59,056 bases of DNA, taken from Chloroflexota bacterium (GTDB lineage: Bacteria > Chloroflexota > Dehalococcoidia > Dehalococcoidales > SURF-40). This document shows positions 29,847 through 41,097 of the stretch, in pieces. The number at the start of each line of letters is the position of its first letter. Position 1 is the stretch's first letter. Location: assembly GCA_043803245.1 (NCBI GenBank), contig JAZDKE010000069.1, positions 1-59,056 of the forward strand, read 5' to 3'. Below the pieces are notes generated by a model. That model worked only from the letters and a program-made list of their open reading frames with translations. It was not told where the DNA came from and searched no databases. A program made the translations under genes and the position numbers.

Positions 29847-30962
29847 TTGGGCAAGATAAACGTAGCCATCATCGGCGTCGGCAACTGCGCCTCATCGCTC
29901 ATCCAAGGGGTTGAATTCTACAAAAACGCCAGGGACAACGAGTTCGTTCCCGGCCTCATGCACGTAAATCTGGGGGGCTATCACGTCCGCGATATCAACT
30001 TCGTGGCCGCCATCGACATCGATAAAAATAAGGTGGGCAAAGACCTCTCAGAAGCCATTTACACCCTGCCTAACAACACCATCAAGTTCTGTGACGTGCC
30101 GAATAAAGGCGTCCGGGTGCAGCGCGGCATGACCCACGACGGCCTGGGCAAATACCTCTCGCAAATCATCCAGAAGGCACCGGGCGAGACGGCCAACATC
30201 GTCAAGCTCTTGAAAGAAACCAAGACCGATGTGGTCATCAACTACCTGCCGGTGGGCAGCGAAGAAGCCACCAAGTGGTACGTGGAACAGATACTGGCGG
30301 CCGGCTGCGGCATGGTAAACTGCATCCCGGTTTTCATCGGCCGGGAGAAAGACTGGCACGGGCGTTTTGCCGAAAAAGGCCTGCCGGTAATCGGCGATGA
30401 CATTAAATCGCAGGTGGGCGCCACCATCGTGCACCGGGTCCTCACCCGGCTCTTCCGGGACCGCGGCGTGAAACTGGAACGCACCTACCAGTTGAACTTC
30501 GGCGGCAACACCGACTTCTTTAATATGCTGGAGCGGGAACGCCTTGAGTCCAAAAAAATATCCAAGACCTCGTCGGTGACTTCCCAGCTCGATTACGAGC
30601 TCGGCCCGGATAACATTCACGTGGGCCCCAGTGATTACGTTCCCTGGCTCCTCGACCGCAAGTACTGCCACATCAAAATGGAAGGGCGGACTTTCGGCGA
30701 CGTGCCGCTCAACCTGGAACTCAAGCTCGAAGTCTGGGATAGCCCCAACTCGGCGGGCGTCGTCATCGACGCCCTGCGGTGCTGTAAGTTGGCCCTGGAC
30801 CGCGGCTTAAAAGGCGCTTTAATCGCTCCCTCAGCCTACTTCATGAAATCCCCGCCGGTACAGTACACCGATGACGAAGCCCGCCACATGGTCGAGGAAT
30901 TCATCACGGCACCATCTGCCAAGGAGACCCCCGTCCCCAGGAAATCGGGAAAGACCGGATAA
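29847..30962 (+). CDS. ino1: myo-inositol-1-phosphate synthase
   Basis: [56 protein letters not shown] start after GGGAGG. Confidence 0.95.
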   Translation: MGKINVAIIGVGNCASSLIQGVEFYKNARDNEFVPGLMHVNLGGYHVRDINFVAAIDIDKNKVGKDLSEAIYTLPNNTIKFCDVPNKGVRVQRGMTHDGLGKYLSQIIQKAPGETANIVKLLKETKTDVVINYLPVGSEEATKWYVEQILAAGCGMVNCIPVFIGREKDWHGRFAEKGLPVIGDDIKSQVGATIVHRVLTRLFRDRGVKLERTYQLNFGGNTDFFNMLERERLESKKISKTSSVTSQLDYELGPDNIHVGPSDYVPWLLDRKYCHIKMEGRTFGDVPLNLELKLEVWDSPNSAGVVIDALRCCKLALDRGLKGALIAPSAYFMKSPPVQYTDDEARHMVEEFITAPSAKETPVPRKSGKTG

Positions 30963-30981
30963 CGGCCGGGTGGAGCGGCTG

Positions 30982-32106
30982 ATGAAAATAGCACTGGTTT
31001 CGCCCTACGACTTCTCTTACCCCGGCGGCGTAACTAATCACATTACCTGCCTGGAACGCTACCTTCGGCAGATGGGCCATTATGTAAGGGTGATTGGCCC
31101 GGCTTCCCAGGCCGTTCCCTCGCTCGATGGCCGTTTCATTCCCATTGGCAAACCCCGGCCGGTACCCGCGAGCGGCTCCATCTGCCGGGTTACCATTTCC
31201 CCCTGGCTTTCACCAAAAATCAATGAGACGCTCAACCGGGAAAATTTCGACATTGTCCACCTCCACGAACCGCTGATGCCCATGCTCTGCACTACGGTCC
31301 TGCGCCTTTCCGATACGGTGAACATCGGCACTTTCCACGCCCTCGCCGGTTCTCCGGGCTACGGATTTGGCCGCCCTCTTTCCACCTTTTTTTTCAGGAG
31401 ATGGTTCCGCCGGCTTCACGGTCGCATCGCCGTTTCCCGGCCGGCGCAGCAGTTCGCCAACAAATACTTACCCGGCGACTACACCGTTATCCCTAATGGT
31501 GTTGACCTGACACACTTCTCCCGTGATGTAGCCCCGATTGGCCAGTTCGGTGACGGCAAAATCAACATCCTCTTCGTGGGCCGCCTTGAGAAACGTAAAG
31601 GCCTGAACTACCTTCTGGAAGCCTACCGCCAGGTCAAGAGAGAGGTGCCCGAATGCCGTCTCATCGTGGTCGGGCCGGGTACCCGTCTGCGACACAAGTA
31701 CGAAAAAACCGTGGCCCGGGAAGACATCAAGGACGTGGTCTTCATCGGCCAGGTGAGCCATGATGAACTGCCTCGTTATTATCAAACGGCTGACGTCTTC
31801 TGCGCCCCGGCTACCAACCGGGAAAGTTTCGGTATCATCCTGCTCGAAGCCATGGCGCTGGGCAAGCCCATCGTTGCCTCGAACATCGAGGGCTACGCCA
31901 GCGTCCTGACCAACGGTAAGGAAGGGCTGCTCGCCCCACCGAGGGATGCCAAAGGCCTGGCTGAATCTCTGATGACCCTGCTTACCGACCCGGCCATGCG
32001 CCGGGAGATGGGTGAAAAAGGCCGGGTGACCGCCGCCAAATACAGCTGGCAGCACGTCGCCCAGCGAGTCTTCGACTACTACCAGAAAGTGCTAAGCGAG
32101 CTTTAA
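30982..32106 (+). CDS. GT4 glycosyltransferase, PimA-like (phosphatidylinositol mannosyltransferase)
   Basis: MKIALVSPYDFSYPGGV, HLHEP, GRLEKRKG, ESFGIILLEAMA; lies between ino1 and a PgsA-like gene. Confidence 0.85.
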   Translation: MKIALVSPYDFSYPGGVTNHITCLERYLRQMGHYVRVIGPASQAVPSLDGRFIPIGKPRPVPASGSICRVTISPWLSPKINETLNRENFDIVHLHEPLMPMLCTTVLRLSDTVNIGTFHALAGSPGYGFGRPLSTFFFRRWFRRLHGRIAVSRPAQQFANKYLPGDYTVIPNGVDLTHFSRDVAPIGQFGDGKINILFVGRLEKRKGLNYLLEAYRQVKREVPECRLIVVGPGTRLRHKYEKTVAREDIKDVVFIGQVSHDELPRYYQTADVFCAPATNRESFGIILLEAMALGKPIVASNIEGYASVLTNGKEGLLAPPRDAKGLAESLMTLLTDPAMRREMGEKGRVTAAKYSWQHVAQRVFDYYQKVLSEL

Positions 32107-32163
32107 CTTAAGAAACTTTAATTCCAACTTACCCGGGAAGTACTTACCTGGAAAGCACGACTG

Positions 32164-32790
32164 ATGGCCAAGCTCTCCGCGATAAGAAAAAACTTAGCCT
32201 ACCATCTTACAGCCCCGCTGGTGAAGCCGCTGGCCTCGCTCGGGATTTCTCCCAACGCCTTGAGCTGGACCGGCCTCGGGCTTTCGCTGGTGGCGGCTGG
32301 CCTGGTGGCCAAAGCCCACCTGCTCGCCGGCGGCATTATGGTGCTGGTTGCCAGCGGTTTCGACATGCTCGACGGCGCTCTGGCGCGCCGCACCAGGCAG
32401 GCAACCCGTTTCGGCGCCGTCCTCGACGCCACTTTAGACCGCGTCTCGGAGGCCGTGCTGCTGCTTGGTGTCCTGTTCCTGTTCCTCTCCGCCGGGGAGA
32501 ACAGCAACCTGTTCTGGCCGCTTTCCGGTAAATGGGCAATCTTTATCCTGGCCCTGGTCATGACGGGCTCCCCGATGGTGAGCTACTTAAGGGCCCGGGC
32601 TGAAGCCGCCGGCCTCGACTGCCAGATGGGTATCTTCACCCGGACGGAGAGAGTCATCGTGCTGACGCTGGGGTTATTGCTCAACCAGATGGTCATTGCC
32701 CTGGCCATTATCGCAGTTCTCAGTTTCTTTACCGCCGGGCAGAGGTTATGGCTCATCTGGCAGCAGACCAGAAACGAACCACCTCATTAA
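32164..32790 (+). CDS. CDP-alcohol phosphatidyltransferase (phosphatidylinositol-phosphate synthase-like)
   Basis: DMLDGALAR...GAVLDATLDR, VSYLRARAE, RTER. Confidence 0.88.
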   Translation: MAKLSAIRKNLAYHLTAPLVKPLASLGISPNALSWTGLGLSLVAAGLVAKAHLLAGGIMVLVASGFDMLDGALARRTRQATRFGAVLDATLDRVSEAVLLLGVLFLFLSAGENSNLFWPLSGKWAIFILALVMTGSPMVSYLRARAEAAGLDCQMGIFTRTERVIVLTLGLLLNQMVIALAIIAVLSFFTAGQRLWLIWQQTRNEPPH

Positions 32791-32891
32791 GTTAGTTTAT
32801 TTCACCCCTTTGTCTGTGATATAAATAGTAGGCCGGCGCTGCCCAGACTGGGGCAGGAAATAAACTTTGAAAATTCCGGGGAGGAAAGCTG

Positions 32892-34172
32892 ATGCCAGCC
32901 ATCGCCGTCATCGGTGCCCACTGGGGAGACGAAGGCAAAGGAAGAATCGTTGACCTGCTCGCCCAGAAAGTGAATATGGTAGTGCGCTACTCGGGGGGAG
33001 ATAATGCCGGCCACACCGTGATTAATCCTCTGGGGGAGTTCAAGCTGCACCTGGTACCTTCCGGCATTTTCGGACCGGGAACCTGTGTTATCGGCAACGG
33101 CGTGGTGGTCAACCCCGAACGCCTTCTTGAGGAAATTGCCCTCATCGAGAGCCAGGGCGTGACGACCACCCGGCTACTGCTCAGCGACCGGGCCAACCTG
33201 ATAATGCCCTACCACCAGCTTCTCGACCGCCTGGAAGAAGCCAAGCGGGGCGCTAAGGCCATCGGCACTACCGGACGGGGTATCGGGCCGGCCTTCGCCG
33301 ATAAAGCCGCCCGACTGGGCATCAGGGCCGGTGACCTTCTGGACCGGGAGTATTTCAGAGAGCGGCTCCGACGCGTTCTGGCGGAAAAGAACGCCATCTT
33401 AACCGGTGTCTTCGGGGAAAAGCCCCTTTCACTGGAGGCAATGTTCGAGCAATACTGCCAGTACGGCGAGCGTCTTAAGCCCCACATCCGGGAGACCAGC
33501 CAGGTTATCAGGGAGGCACTGGAACGTGGCGAACTGGTGCTGCTGGAAGGCGCTCAGGGAACCCTGCTCGACCCCGATTTCGGCACCTACCCCTACACCA
33601 CTTCATCTTCCTCACTGGCCGCCGCCGGCTGTCTGGGCGCAGGTATCAGCCTAACCCATCTCAAAGAAATTCTGGGGGTCTTCAAGGCCTATTGTACCCG
33701 GGTGGGCGCCGGCCCATTGCCCACCGAACTAAATGACCAGACCGGCGAGCTGCTTCGAGAGCGCGGCCATGAATACGGCACGACTACCTCCCGTCCCAGG
33801 CGCTGCGGCTGGTTCGACGCCGTGGCCTCCCGCCACAGCACTCAAATCAACGGGTTCACCGGGGCAATCATCACGCGGCTGGACATTCTCGACAGCTTCA
33901 AAAGCCTCAAGATATGCACTGGCTACCGCCTGGACGGTGAGGTGACACAGGAATTTCCCGCCAGCATCACCCGCCTGGAGCGTTGCCAGCCCGTCTACGA
34001 AGAGCTGCCCGGCTGGGAGACCGACACCGGTGACATCCGGGACTACCGCAAGCTGCCTCTCGCCGCCCGCCGCTACCTTGCCCGGATTGAAGAGCTCATC
34101 GCCTGCCCGATAGCCATGATTTCGGTCGGTTCAAAACGGGAACAAATCATCTACCGGCGACAGGTTATCTAA
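32892..34172 (+). CDS. purA: Adenylosuccinate synthetase
   Basis: WGDEGKG, NAGHT, IGTTGRGIGP, EGAQG, GTYPY, RPRRCGWFD. Confidence 0.97.
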   Translation: MPAIAVIGAHWGDEGKGRIVDLLAQKVNMVVRYSGGDNAGHTVINPLGEFKLHLVPSGIFGPGTCVIGNGVVVNPERLLEEIALIESQGVTTTRLLLSDRANLIMPYHQLLDRLEEAKRGAKAIGTTGRGIGPAFADKAARLGIRAGDLLDREYFRERLRRVLAEKNAILTGVFGEKPLSLEAMFEQYCQYGERLKPHIRETSQVIREALERGELVLLEGAQGTLLDPDFGTYPYTTSSSSLAAAGCLGAGISLTHLKEILGVFKAYCTRVGAGPLPTELNDQTGELLRERGHEYGTTTSRPRRCGWFDAVASRHSTQINGFTGAIITRLDILDSFKSLKICTGYRLDGEVTQEFPASITRLERCQPVYEELPGWETDTGDIRDYRKLPLAARRYLARIEELIACPIAMISVGSKREQIIYRRQVI

Positions 34173-34253
34173 GGGGTTGGGATATTCCAGCGAGACTTCG
34201 CCGGGGAAGCCTCCCGTAGAATTACGGTGGAAACCTACCCGTTTATTACGCGG

Positions 34254-35144
34254 CTAGAACGGCAGGTCGATGTGGTAGCGCTTCAGGGTATCCCTGATTA
34301 CCGCCGCCGTCTTCTCGTCCGGCTCGACCAGGGGCAGGCGCGGCTTACCCACCTGGAAACCGACCTGATTCAAGGCGTATTTTAGCGGGCAGGGATTGGA
34401 GACCAGAAAAAGGCTGTCCACCAGGGGCAGCAGGTCAATGTGGATGCGGGCTGCCCGGGCGATATCGCCGCTAAGCAGGCTCTCTATCATCGTCTTAATC
34501 TGTTTCCCGACCAGGTGCGAGGCCACGCTGATAACCCCGTAGCCGCCCAGGGCCATTATCGGGAAGGTGTCGCTGTCGTTGCCGCTCCAGACCAGGAAGC
34601 CTTTCCGCGCGCGGTTGATGATATCGGCTATCTGGGACAGATTAGCGCTGGCCTCTTTTACGCCGATGATGTTATCAACCTTGCTTAACCGCACCACCGT
34701 CTCGCTGGAGAGGTTGGTCACGGTGCGCGAGGGCACGTTATACAGGATACACGGCAGATTGGCGCCCTCGGCAATCGTCTTAAAATGCTGGTACAGGCCT
34801 TCCTGCGATGGTTTATTGTAGTAGGGCACCACCAGGAGACAGGCGTCAACGCCGATTTTGGCCGCCTTTCGAGTGGCGCTTAGCGCCTCCTCGGTGCTGT
34901 TTGAACCGGTACCCGCCACCACCGTGCCCCGGCCTTCAACGGCCTGCTTAATTTCCTGGAAGAGGCGGAACTCTTCGTCCCAGGTCAGTGTCGGCGATTC
35001 CCCGGTGGTACCCACCACCAGAATACCATCGCTGCCCGAATCAAGCAGGGCACGGGCCAGTTTCCTGGCCTGCGCGTAATCAACCTGCCCCTCATTATCG
35101 AAAGGGGTCACCATCGCGGTTATGAGGCGTCCTAATTCTTTCAT
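34254..35144 (-). CDS. dapA: 4-hydroxy-tetrahydrodipicolinate synthase
   Basis: GTTGES, PYYNKP, LYNVPSRT, GVKEAS. Confidence 0.96.
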   Translation of the reverse strand: MKELGRLITAMVTPFDNEGQVDYAQARKLARALLDSGSDGILVVGTTGESPTLTWDEEFRLFQEIKQAVEGRGTVVAGTGSNSTEEALSATRKAAKIGVDACLLVVPYYNKPSQEGLYQHFKTIAEGANLPCILYNVPSRTVTNLSSETVVRLSKVDNIIGVKEASANLSQIADIINRARKGFLVWSGNDSDTFPIMALGGYGVISVASHLVGKQIKTMIESLLSGDIARAARIHIDLLPLVDSLFLVSNPCPLKYALNQVGFQVGKPRLPLVEPDEKTAAVIRDTLKRYHIDLPF

Positions 35145-35148
35145 TTTC

Positions 35149-36174
35149 TCACTTCCGGCTCGGTATCAGACTCTGGTCAATCACCAGTTCGGCAATCTGG
35201 ACGGCGTTCAGGGCAGCGCCCTTGCGCAGGTTATCGGTAACCACCCACATCACCAGGCCGTTGGGAGTTGAGGTGTCTTTGCGAATACGGCCCACGAAGA
35301 CCTCGTCAGTGCCCGCCGCCGCCCACGGCTGAGGGTAGAGGCTCACCACCGGCTCGTCCAGCACCTTGACACCCGGGGAGTGGGCCAGGATGTCCCGGGC
35401 CTCATCGGGCGACATGGGGTTCTCGAATTCTACCCAGACAGCCTCGCTGTGCCCCCGGAAGACCGGCACCCGGACACAGGTCGCCGAGACGGCGATGGTC
35501 TCATCGTGCATTATCTTCCTGGTCTCCTCCACCATTTTCCGCTCTTCCTTAGTATAACCATCGTCCAGGAAAACGTCTATCTCGGGGAGCATATTAAAAG
35601 CAATCTGGTGCGGGTAGACGTGAGGAACCGCTGGCTGCCCGTCCAGGACGTGCTTGGCCTGCACCGTAAGCTCATCAACCGCCGCCAGACCGGTGCCCGA
35701 CACCGACTGATAGGTGCTGGCGATAATTCGCTTTATTTTGTTAATTTTATGCAGCGGGTACAGCGCCACCACCATCTGAATCGTGGCGCAGTTGGGATTG
35801 GCGATAATACCGTGGTGCCACCTGATATCCTGGGGATTAACCTCGGGTACCACCAGGGGCACGTCGTTTTCCATCCTGAAAGCGGCGCTGTTGTCAATGA
35901 CAACCGCGCCCTGCCGGGCAGCGATGGGCGAAAAGTGACGGCTGATATCCGCCCCGGCCGAAAAGAGTGCGATATCGATGCCGTTAAAGGAGTCGGGGCT
36001 GGCTTCTTTAACCTCGGCCAGAGTCTCATTCACCGTCATCATCCGGCCGGCGGAACGGTCCGAAGCTAACAGGCGCACCGAAGCCATCGGGAACCGGCGC
36101 TGCTCCAGGACACGGATGAACTCCTGCCCCACCATTCCGGTAGCCCCTAAGATAGCGACGTGATAACCCGGCAA
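35149..36174 (-). CDS. asd: Aspartate-semialdehyde dehydrogenase
   Basis: GATGMVG, DNSAAFR, ANPNCAT, CVRVPV..GHS, DNLRKGAALNAVQIAE. Confidence 0.97.
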   Translation of the reverse strand: MPGYHVAILGATGMVGQEFIRVLEQRRFPMASVRLLASDRSAGRMMTVNETLAEVKEASPDSFNGIDIALFSAGADISRHFSPIAARQGAVVIDNSAAFRMENDVPLVVPEVNPQDIRWHHGIIANPNCATIQMVVALYPLHKINKIKRIIASTYQSVSGTGLAAVDELTVQAKHVLDGQPAVPHVYPHQIAFNMLPEIDVFLDDGYTKEERKMVEETRKIMHDETIAVSATCVRVPVFRGHSEAVWVEFENPMSPDEARDILAHSPGVKVLDEPVVSLYPQPWAAAGTDEVFVGRIRKDTSTPNGLVMWVVTDNLRKGAALNAVQIAELVIDQSLIPSRK

Positions 36175-36182
36175 GTTACCTC

Positions 36183-36971
36183 CTATAGCCCCAGGAGAGT
36201 ATCAAGACCATAGACCAGGCCGGTGCGCTTCGTCACCTCGCGGATGGCCAGCACCACGCCCGGCATAAAACTCTCGCGGCTGATGCTGTCGTGGCGGATG
36301 CTGAGCGTCTGACCCAGGCCACCCAGCAGCACCTCCTGGTGGGCCACCAGCCCCGGCAGCCTCACGCTGTGCAGACTGATACCGCCAATCCCATCACCAC
36401 GGCTTTTTGGTGCATTATCGCCGCCGGTACGTTCAAAAGGCTTACCCCTGGCTTCTGACATGAGTCTTGCGGTCATCAGCGCCGTCCCCGAGGGCGCGTC
36501 AATTTTCTGTTGGTGATGCAGTTCGATAATCTCGGCGTAGTCGAAATAGCGCGCCGCCAGCTTGGCCATGTGCATCATCAGCACCGCTCCGAGTGCGAAG
36601 TTGGGCGCTACCACCGCACCTACTTTGCGGGACCTGGCCAGCCGGTCGATTTCACTGATTTCCTCGACGGTGAGTCCCGTGGTGCCGATTACGACGCTAA
36701 CCCCTTTTTCCAGACAGAGGCGCGCCGTCCGAAGGGCCACGTCACGATTAGTAAAATCAACGACCACGTCAGGCTGACAACCAGCTATAATTTGGGCAAG
36801 GTCCGAGGAAAAAGGCACACTGCCCGAGTTATCCGGCAGCTCAAGTTCCGTCTTCGCCGCCGCCAGTTCCACCGCTCCCACGAGCTTAAGGTCCGGCTCC
36901 CGGCAAACGGCGGCCAAGACTTCCCGCCCCATTCTTCCCCGCGCCCCGTTGACCACGACCTTTATCGGCAT
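36183..36971 (-). CDS. dapB: 4-hydroxy-tetrahydrodipicolinate reductase
   Basis: GARGRMG, IGTTG, ELHHQQKIDAPSGTA. Confidence 0.96.
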   Translation of the reverse strand: MPIKVVVNGARGRMGREVLAAVCREPDLKLVGAVELAAAKTELELPDNSGSVPFSSDLAQIIAGCQPDVVVDFTNRDVALRTARLCLEKGVSVVIGTTGLTVEEISEIDRLARSRKVGAVVAPNFALGAVLMMHMAKLAARYFDYAEIIELHHQQKIDAPSGTALMTARLMSEARGKPFERTGGDNAPKSRGDGIGGISLHSVRLPGLVAHQEVLLGGLGQTLSIRHDSISRESFMPGVVLAIREVTKRTGLVYGLDTLLGL

Positions 36972-36994
36972 CGTCGCTTTACTGCGCAAGGCAT

Positions 36995-39235
36995 TTAACC
37001 CCGGCGATAAGGTGCCCGGTCACGGTTGGGGGGACCCCTGCGGAAACCACCCCCGCTCCCCGGCGAATTCCGTTCCCGGAAGGGAGGGCGTTCCCTCTCA
37101 GGGGCGGCTGGCCCTTCACCGGTGTCACCGGTATAGCCCGGAAGCATCGCCCGCCGCGAGAGATTCACCCGTCCCATATTATCAATCTCGATTACCTTCA
37201 CGGTAACTTCATCCCCGATGTTGACCGCATCCTCCACTCGCCCTACCCGCTGGTTATCGAGCTCGCTGATGCGTATCAGGCCTTCCTTACCGGGTAGCAT
37301 TTCTACCATGGCCCCGAAGTTCATCACCCGCGTCACCTTGCCGGTGAAGGTATCCCCGACCTCGACCTCCCTGGTGAGCGCTTTGATGATTTCCATAGCC
37401 CTGTTGGCCTTCTCCTGGTTCGGAGAGCCGATGAACACCGTGCCGTCGTTCTCGACATCAATCGTCGTCTTGGTCTGTTCGGTAATCGCCCGGATGGTCC
37501 GGCCGCCGGGACCAATCACCGCCCCGATTTTCTCCGGGTCTATCTGTACCCGGTACATGCGGGGCGCGTACTGGCTGAGCTCGGGACGGCTTGAGCCGAT
37601 GGCACGGCCCATTGCCCCCAGAATATGAAGGCGGGCATCTTTGGCCTGGGCCAGCGTCTTCGAAATAATATCAAAAACCAGGCCTTTAATCTTTATGTCC
37701 AATTGCAACGCCGTGATACCCTCGGTGGTGCCGGCCACCTTGAAGTCCATATCGCCGTAGGCATCCTCGGCACCCTCGATATCGGTCAGCACGGCGTAAC
37801 GGCCGTCCTCACCGGTGATTAAGCCCATGGCGATACCGGCCACCGGCCGCTTGATGGGAATGCCGGCGTCCATCAGTGAAAGGCTGGAAGCGCAGACACT
37901 GGCCATCGAAGTGCTGCCGTTAGAACTCAGCACCTCCGAGACGAGACGTATGGTGTAAGGGAAGCCCTCGTCCTCGGGCAGAATCGGCTCAATGGCCCTC
38001 TCCACCAGGGCGCCGTGCCCGATTTCGCGCCGGCTGGGTGAACCGAGGCGCTTTACCTCGCCGGAAGAAAACGGCGGAAAATTATAGTGGTGCATAAAGC
38101 GCTTGGTCTCCTCAATACCCAGACCGTCGAGCTGTTGCTCCTTGCGGATGGAACCCAGAGTGGTAATCGTCAGCACCTGCGTCTGTCCCCGGGTAAAGAG
38201 GCCTGAGCCGTGCGTGCGCGGCAGCAGGGACACCTCGGCGCTAAGCGGACGAATTTCGGTTAGTGCCCGCCCGCCTAGGCGCTCACCGCTATGCAGTATG
38301 CTGTTACGCAACGCGGCCTTGAGCTTCTTATCCAGCATCGCCAGGATTTCTGCCTCGCTGAAGGTCTCACCCAAGCTCTCGATAAGCTCCTTTTTCAAAC
38401 CATCCAGGGCTTTTTCCCGCGCTTGCTTGGTGGTGAGCTTGATGAGCGCCGCCAGCTTTTCCGAAGCGACGTTAGCGACGGAGGCAGCCAGCGCCTCGTT
38501 TTCTTTTACCTCGGGAACAGCCGCCTTGGGCTGGCCGAGGGCCTCGCGGACCTTCTCCTGAAGCTCGATTACCGTCTGGTTTACCTCGTGGCCCAGCTTA
38601 AGTGCCTTAAGCATCAGTTCTTCGGAGGCTTCCTTGGCCCCGGCTTCCACCATCACCACCGCATCTTTAGTACTGGCCACCACCAGCTCAAGCTGGCTTT
38701 CTTCCAGCTGGGGCAGGGTGGGATTGACCACAAACTCATCATTAATGTAGCCGATGCGCACCGCGCCCACCGGCCCGGCGAAGGGTATCTCGGACATCAT
38801 TAGAACTACCGAGCCCCCGATTATCGAGAGAATGTCCGGGTCGTTCTCCTGGTCGGCGGAGAGCACCGTGGTAACTACCTGGATGTCCCGTCGCCAGCTT
38901 TTGGGCAGTAACGAGCGCAGGGGACGGTCGGTCAGGCGGCAGGTAAGGATAGCTTTCTCGCTGGGGCGTCCCTCCCGCCGGATGAAGCCGCCCGGGATTT
39001 TTCCGGCGGCGTACAACCGCTCCTCGTAATCAACCGTTAGCGGCAGAAAGTCCGTCCCTTCCCGCGGCTTATCGCTGATGCCCAGAGTAACCAGCACCAC
39101 CGTCTCGCCGTACCGGATGGTCACCGAGGCACTGGCCTGACCCGCCAGCTTACCGCTCTCAATGATTAAGCTTCTGCCGCCGATATTACATTCAAAAGAC
39201 CGATTTTCTAACAAACTTCCTCCACTATTCATCAT
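36995..39235 (-). CDS. pnp: Polyribonucleotide nucleotidyltransferase
   Basis: [36 protein letters not shown] and S1 domains. Confidence 0.97.
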   Translation of the reverse strand: MMNSGGSLLENRSFECNIGGRSLIIESGKLAGQASASVTIRYGETVVLVTLGISDKPREGTDFLPLTVDYEERLYAAGKIPGGFIRREGRPSEKAILTCRLTDRPLRSLLPKSWRRDIQVVTTVLSADQENDPDILSIIGGSVVLMMSEIPFAGPVGAVRIGYINDEFVVNPTLPQLEESQLELVVASTKDAVVMVEAGAKEASEELMLKALKLGHEVNQTVIELQEKVREALGQPKAAVPEVKENEALAASVANVASEKLAALIKLTTKQAREKALDGLKKELIESLGETFSEAEILAMLDKKLKAALRNSILHSGERLGGRALTEIRPLSAEVSLLPRTHGSGLFTRGQTQVLTITTLGSIRKEQQLDGLGIEETKRFMHHYNFPPFSSGEVKRLGSPSRREIGHGALVERAIEPILPEDEGFPYTIRLVSEVLSSNGSTSMASVCASSLSLMDAGIPIKRPVAGIAMGLITGEDGRYAVLTDIEGAEDAYGDMDFKVAGTTEGITALQLDIKIKGLVFDIISKTLAQAKDARLHILGAMGRAIGSSRPELSQYAPRMYRVQIDPEKIGAVIGPGGRTIRAITEQTKTTIDVENDGTVFIGSPNQEKANRAMEIIKALTREVEVGDTFTGKVTRVMNFGAMVEMLPGKEGLIRISELDNQRVGRVEDAVNIGDEVTVKVIEIDNMGRVNLSRRAMLPGYTGDTGEGPAAPERERPPFRERNSPGSGGGFRRGPPNRDRAPYRRG

Positions 39236-39242
39236 TCACTGG

Positions 39243-39515
39243 TTATTTACGCAGCCCCAGGCTGGCAATCAGCTGGTTGTAGCGGCCAACGCTCTCGCGG
39301 CTCAAATAAGACAAAAGTCTCTTCCTCTGGCCCACCAGCGTAAGGAGCCCGCGCCGGGTATGATAGTCGTGGCGATGCTGCACCAGGTGACCGGTTATCT
39401 GTTTTATCCGGTCGGTAAGCAGGGACACCTGGACCTCAACCGAACCGGTGTCACCTTCCTGTCTTGCGTATTTTTTAATGATTCCCTGTTTTGTTTCTTT
39501 ATCCAAATGAGCCAT
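39243..39515 (-). CDS. rpsO: 30S ribosomal protein S15
   Basis: DTGSVEVQVSLLT...HDYHTRRGLL.LVGQRKRLL.YL. Confidence 0.97.
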   Translation of the reverse strand: MAHLDKETKQGIIKKYARQEGDTGSVEVQVSLLTDRIKQITGHLVQHRHDYHTRRGLLTLVGQRKRLLSYLSRESVGRYNQLIASLGLRK

Positions 39516-39739
39516 CCCGTCCTATAGTTATAGTTTAGGGCACAATTGCACGCATTATATCACAGGCGAGCCGGTATGTAAATTCAGAAGCTAAAGCTAC
39601 CCGAAGATGGCCACGACGTATGGCAAAATCCCGCCCCGGCGGGGTGATTGACTTGGATAATAAAAGGGAATAGGATATGACCAAATCGAATTTCCACCAG
39701 TTGTGGGACGCAACCCAGACAGGTATTACTGAGGTTAAA

Positions 39740-40105
39740 ATGAAATGGTATCTCGAAGTATTGAAGAAGTACGCGGTAGGCGATGGCCGGGCACGACGTA
39801 AAGAGTATTGGATGTTCTACCTTTTCAGCACTATAATCGGCTTGGTGCTTTCATTTGTAGATGGGTTTCTCGGCACTAATGTTGGCAACTTAGGTCTTCT
39901 TAGCGGTCTCTACGGTTTGGCTATATTTATTCCGAGCATTGCTGTGGCGGTTCGCAGGCTTCATGACACCAATCGAAATGGGGGATGGTGGTTTATTATC
40001 TTCGTTCCGCTAATCGGAGGTATTGTTTTTCTCGTGTTCATGGTTCAGGACAGTCAACCAGGTGAGAATAAGTATGGTCCAAATCCAAAAGCTGTTATGG
40101 CGTAA
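39740..40105 (+). CDS. DUF805 (YhaH/YhaI-like) membrane protein
   Basis: GRARRKEYWMF, AVAVRRLHDT, NKYGPNPK; visibly more AT-rich than its flanks. Confidence 0.9.
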   Translation: MKWYLEVLKKYAVGDGRARRKEYWMFYLFSTIIGLVLSFVDGFLGTNVGNLGLLSGLYGLAIFIPSIAVAVRRLHDTNRNGGWWFIIFVPLIGGIVFLVFMVQDSQPGENKYGPNPKAVMA

Positions 40106-40283
40106 GCATACTGGGGCTGGATATCAAACGGTCTTGTGGCGGGACTAACTTTAACTAGCCCTTCAAATAAAACGTGCTGAGGGAGCACTAGTCGCCTTAG
40201 GATTGCGATGACCGTAGCGCCGTGCTACAATAGACGCCGGATAGTTGTCCTTAACTTAAAGAGAGTAATCGCGAGGAGTACCC

Positions 40284-41075
40284 ATGAAAATCGTCGTTTG
40301 CATGAAGCAGGTAATCGACCCCGAGGCGCCGGTATCCTCATTTAAAATTGACGAAGCCGCCAAGAAGGCAATGCCGCCCAAAGGGACACCGCCGGTGCTA
40401 AACCCGGCCGACGAAAACGCCCTGGAAGCCGCCCTGCGGATAAAGGATGCCCAGCCGGATACCAGGATTACGGTCATCAGCCTGGGGTCGCAGATGGCCC
40501 GCCCCGTGGTCAAGAAAGCGCTGGCCGCCGGGGCCGACGCGCTCTACCTCCTTGAAGACGCCTCCTTCGAAGACCTGGATAGTGCCGCCACCGCCCACAT
40601 CCTGGCCACCGCCATCAAGAAAATCGGCGAGTCCGACCTTATCCTGTGCGGACGGCAGGCTTCGGACACCGACGCCGGCCAGGTGGGCAGCGGCATCGCC
40701 GAGATTCTGGGACTGCCCTCCGTCACGGTGGCCCGGAAGGTAACGGTGAGCGACGGCAAGCTGAAAGTTGAGCGGGTGGTCGCCGACGGTTACGAAGTGG
40801 TCGAATCGCCGCTACCGGCCCTGGTCACCGCCTCAAACGAGGTTGGCAGCCTGCGCTTTCCCACCGTCAAGCAGACTATGGCCGCGCAAAAAATACCCCT
40901 CACCACCTGGAACGCTCAGGACCTGGGCGTTGACGCTGGGAAGCTCCGGAAAATCAACAAGGTAAAGCTCTACCAGCCGGTCCGGGAAGTGAACACCGAG
41001 ATTATTGCGGGCGAGACGCCCGAAGAAGCCGGCGCCAAGCTGGCCACCAGATTGAGAGAGGCCAAAGTCATCTAA
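40284..41075 (+). CDS. etfB: Electron transfer flavoprotein beta subunit
   Basis: MKIVVCMKQV.D, NPADENALEAAL, CGRQASDTDAGQVG, LRFPT. Confidence 0.93.
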   Translation: MKIVVCMKQVIDPEAPVSSFKIDEAAKKAMPPKGTPPVLNPADENALEAALRIKDAQPDTRITVISLGSQMARPVVKKALAAGADALYLLEDASFEDLDSAATAHILATAIKKIGESDLILCGRQASDTDAGQVGSGIAEILGLPSVTVARKVTVSDGKLKVERVVADGYEVVESPLPALVTASNEVGSLRFPTVKQTMAAQKIPLTTWNAQDLGVDAGKLRKINKVKLYQPVREVNTEIIAGETPEEAGAKLATRLREAKVI

Positions 41076-41097
41076 ATCTCCGAAGCAGGTAACACCG

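Noticed and set aside
40105-40200. DUF805 gene as an integron cassette
   Set aside because: No convincing attC (RYYYAAC...GTTRRRY) structure or integron integrase seen.
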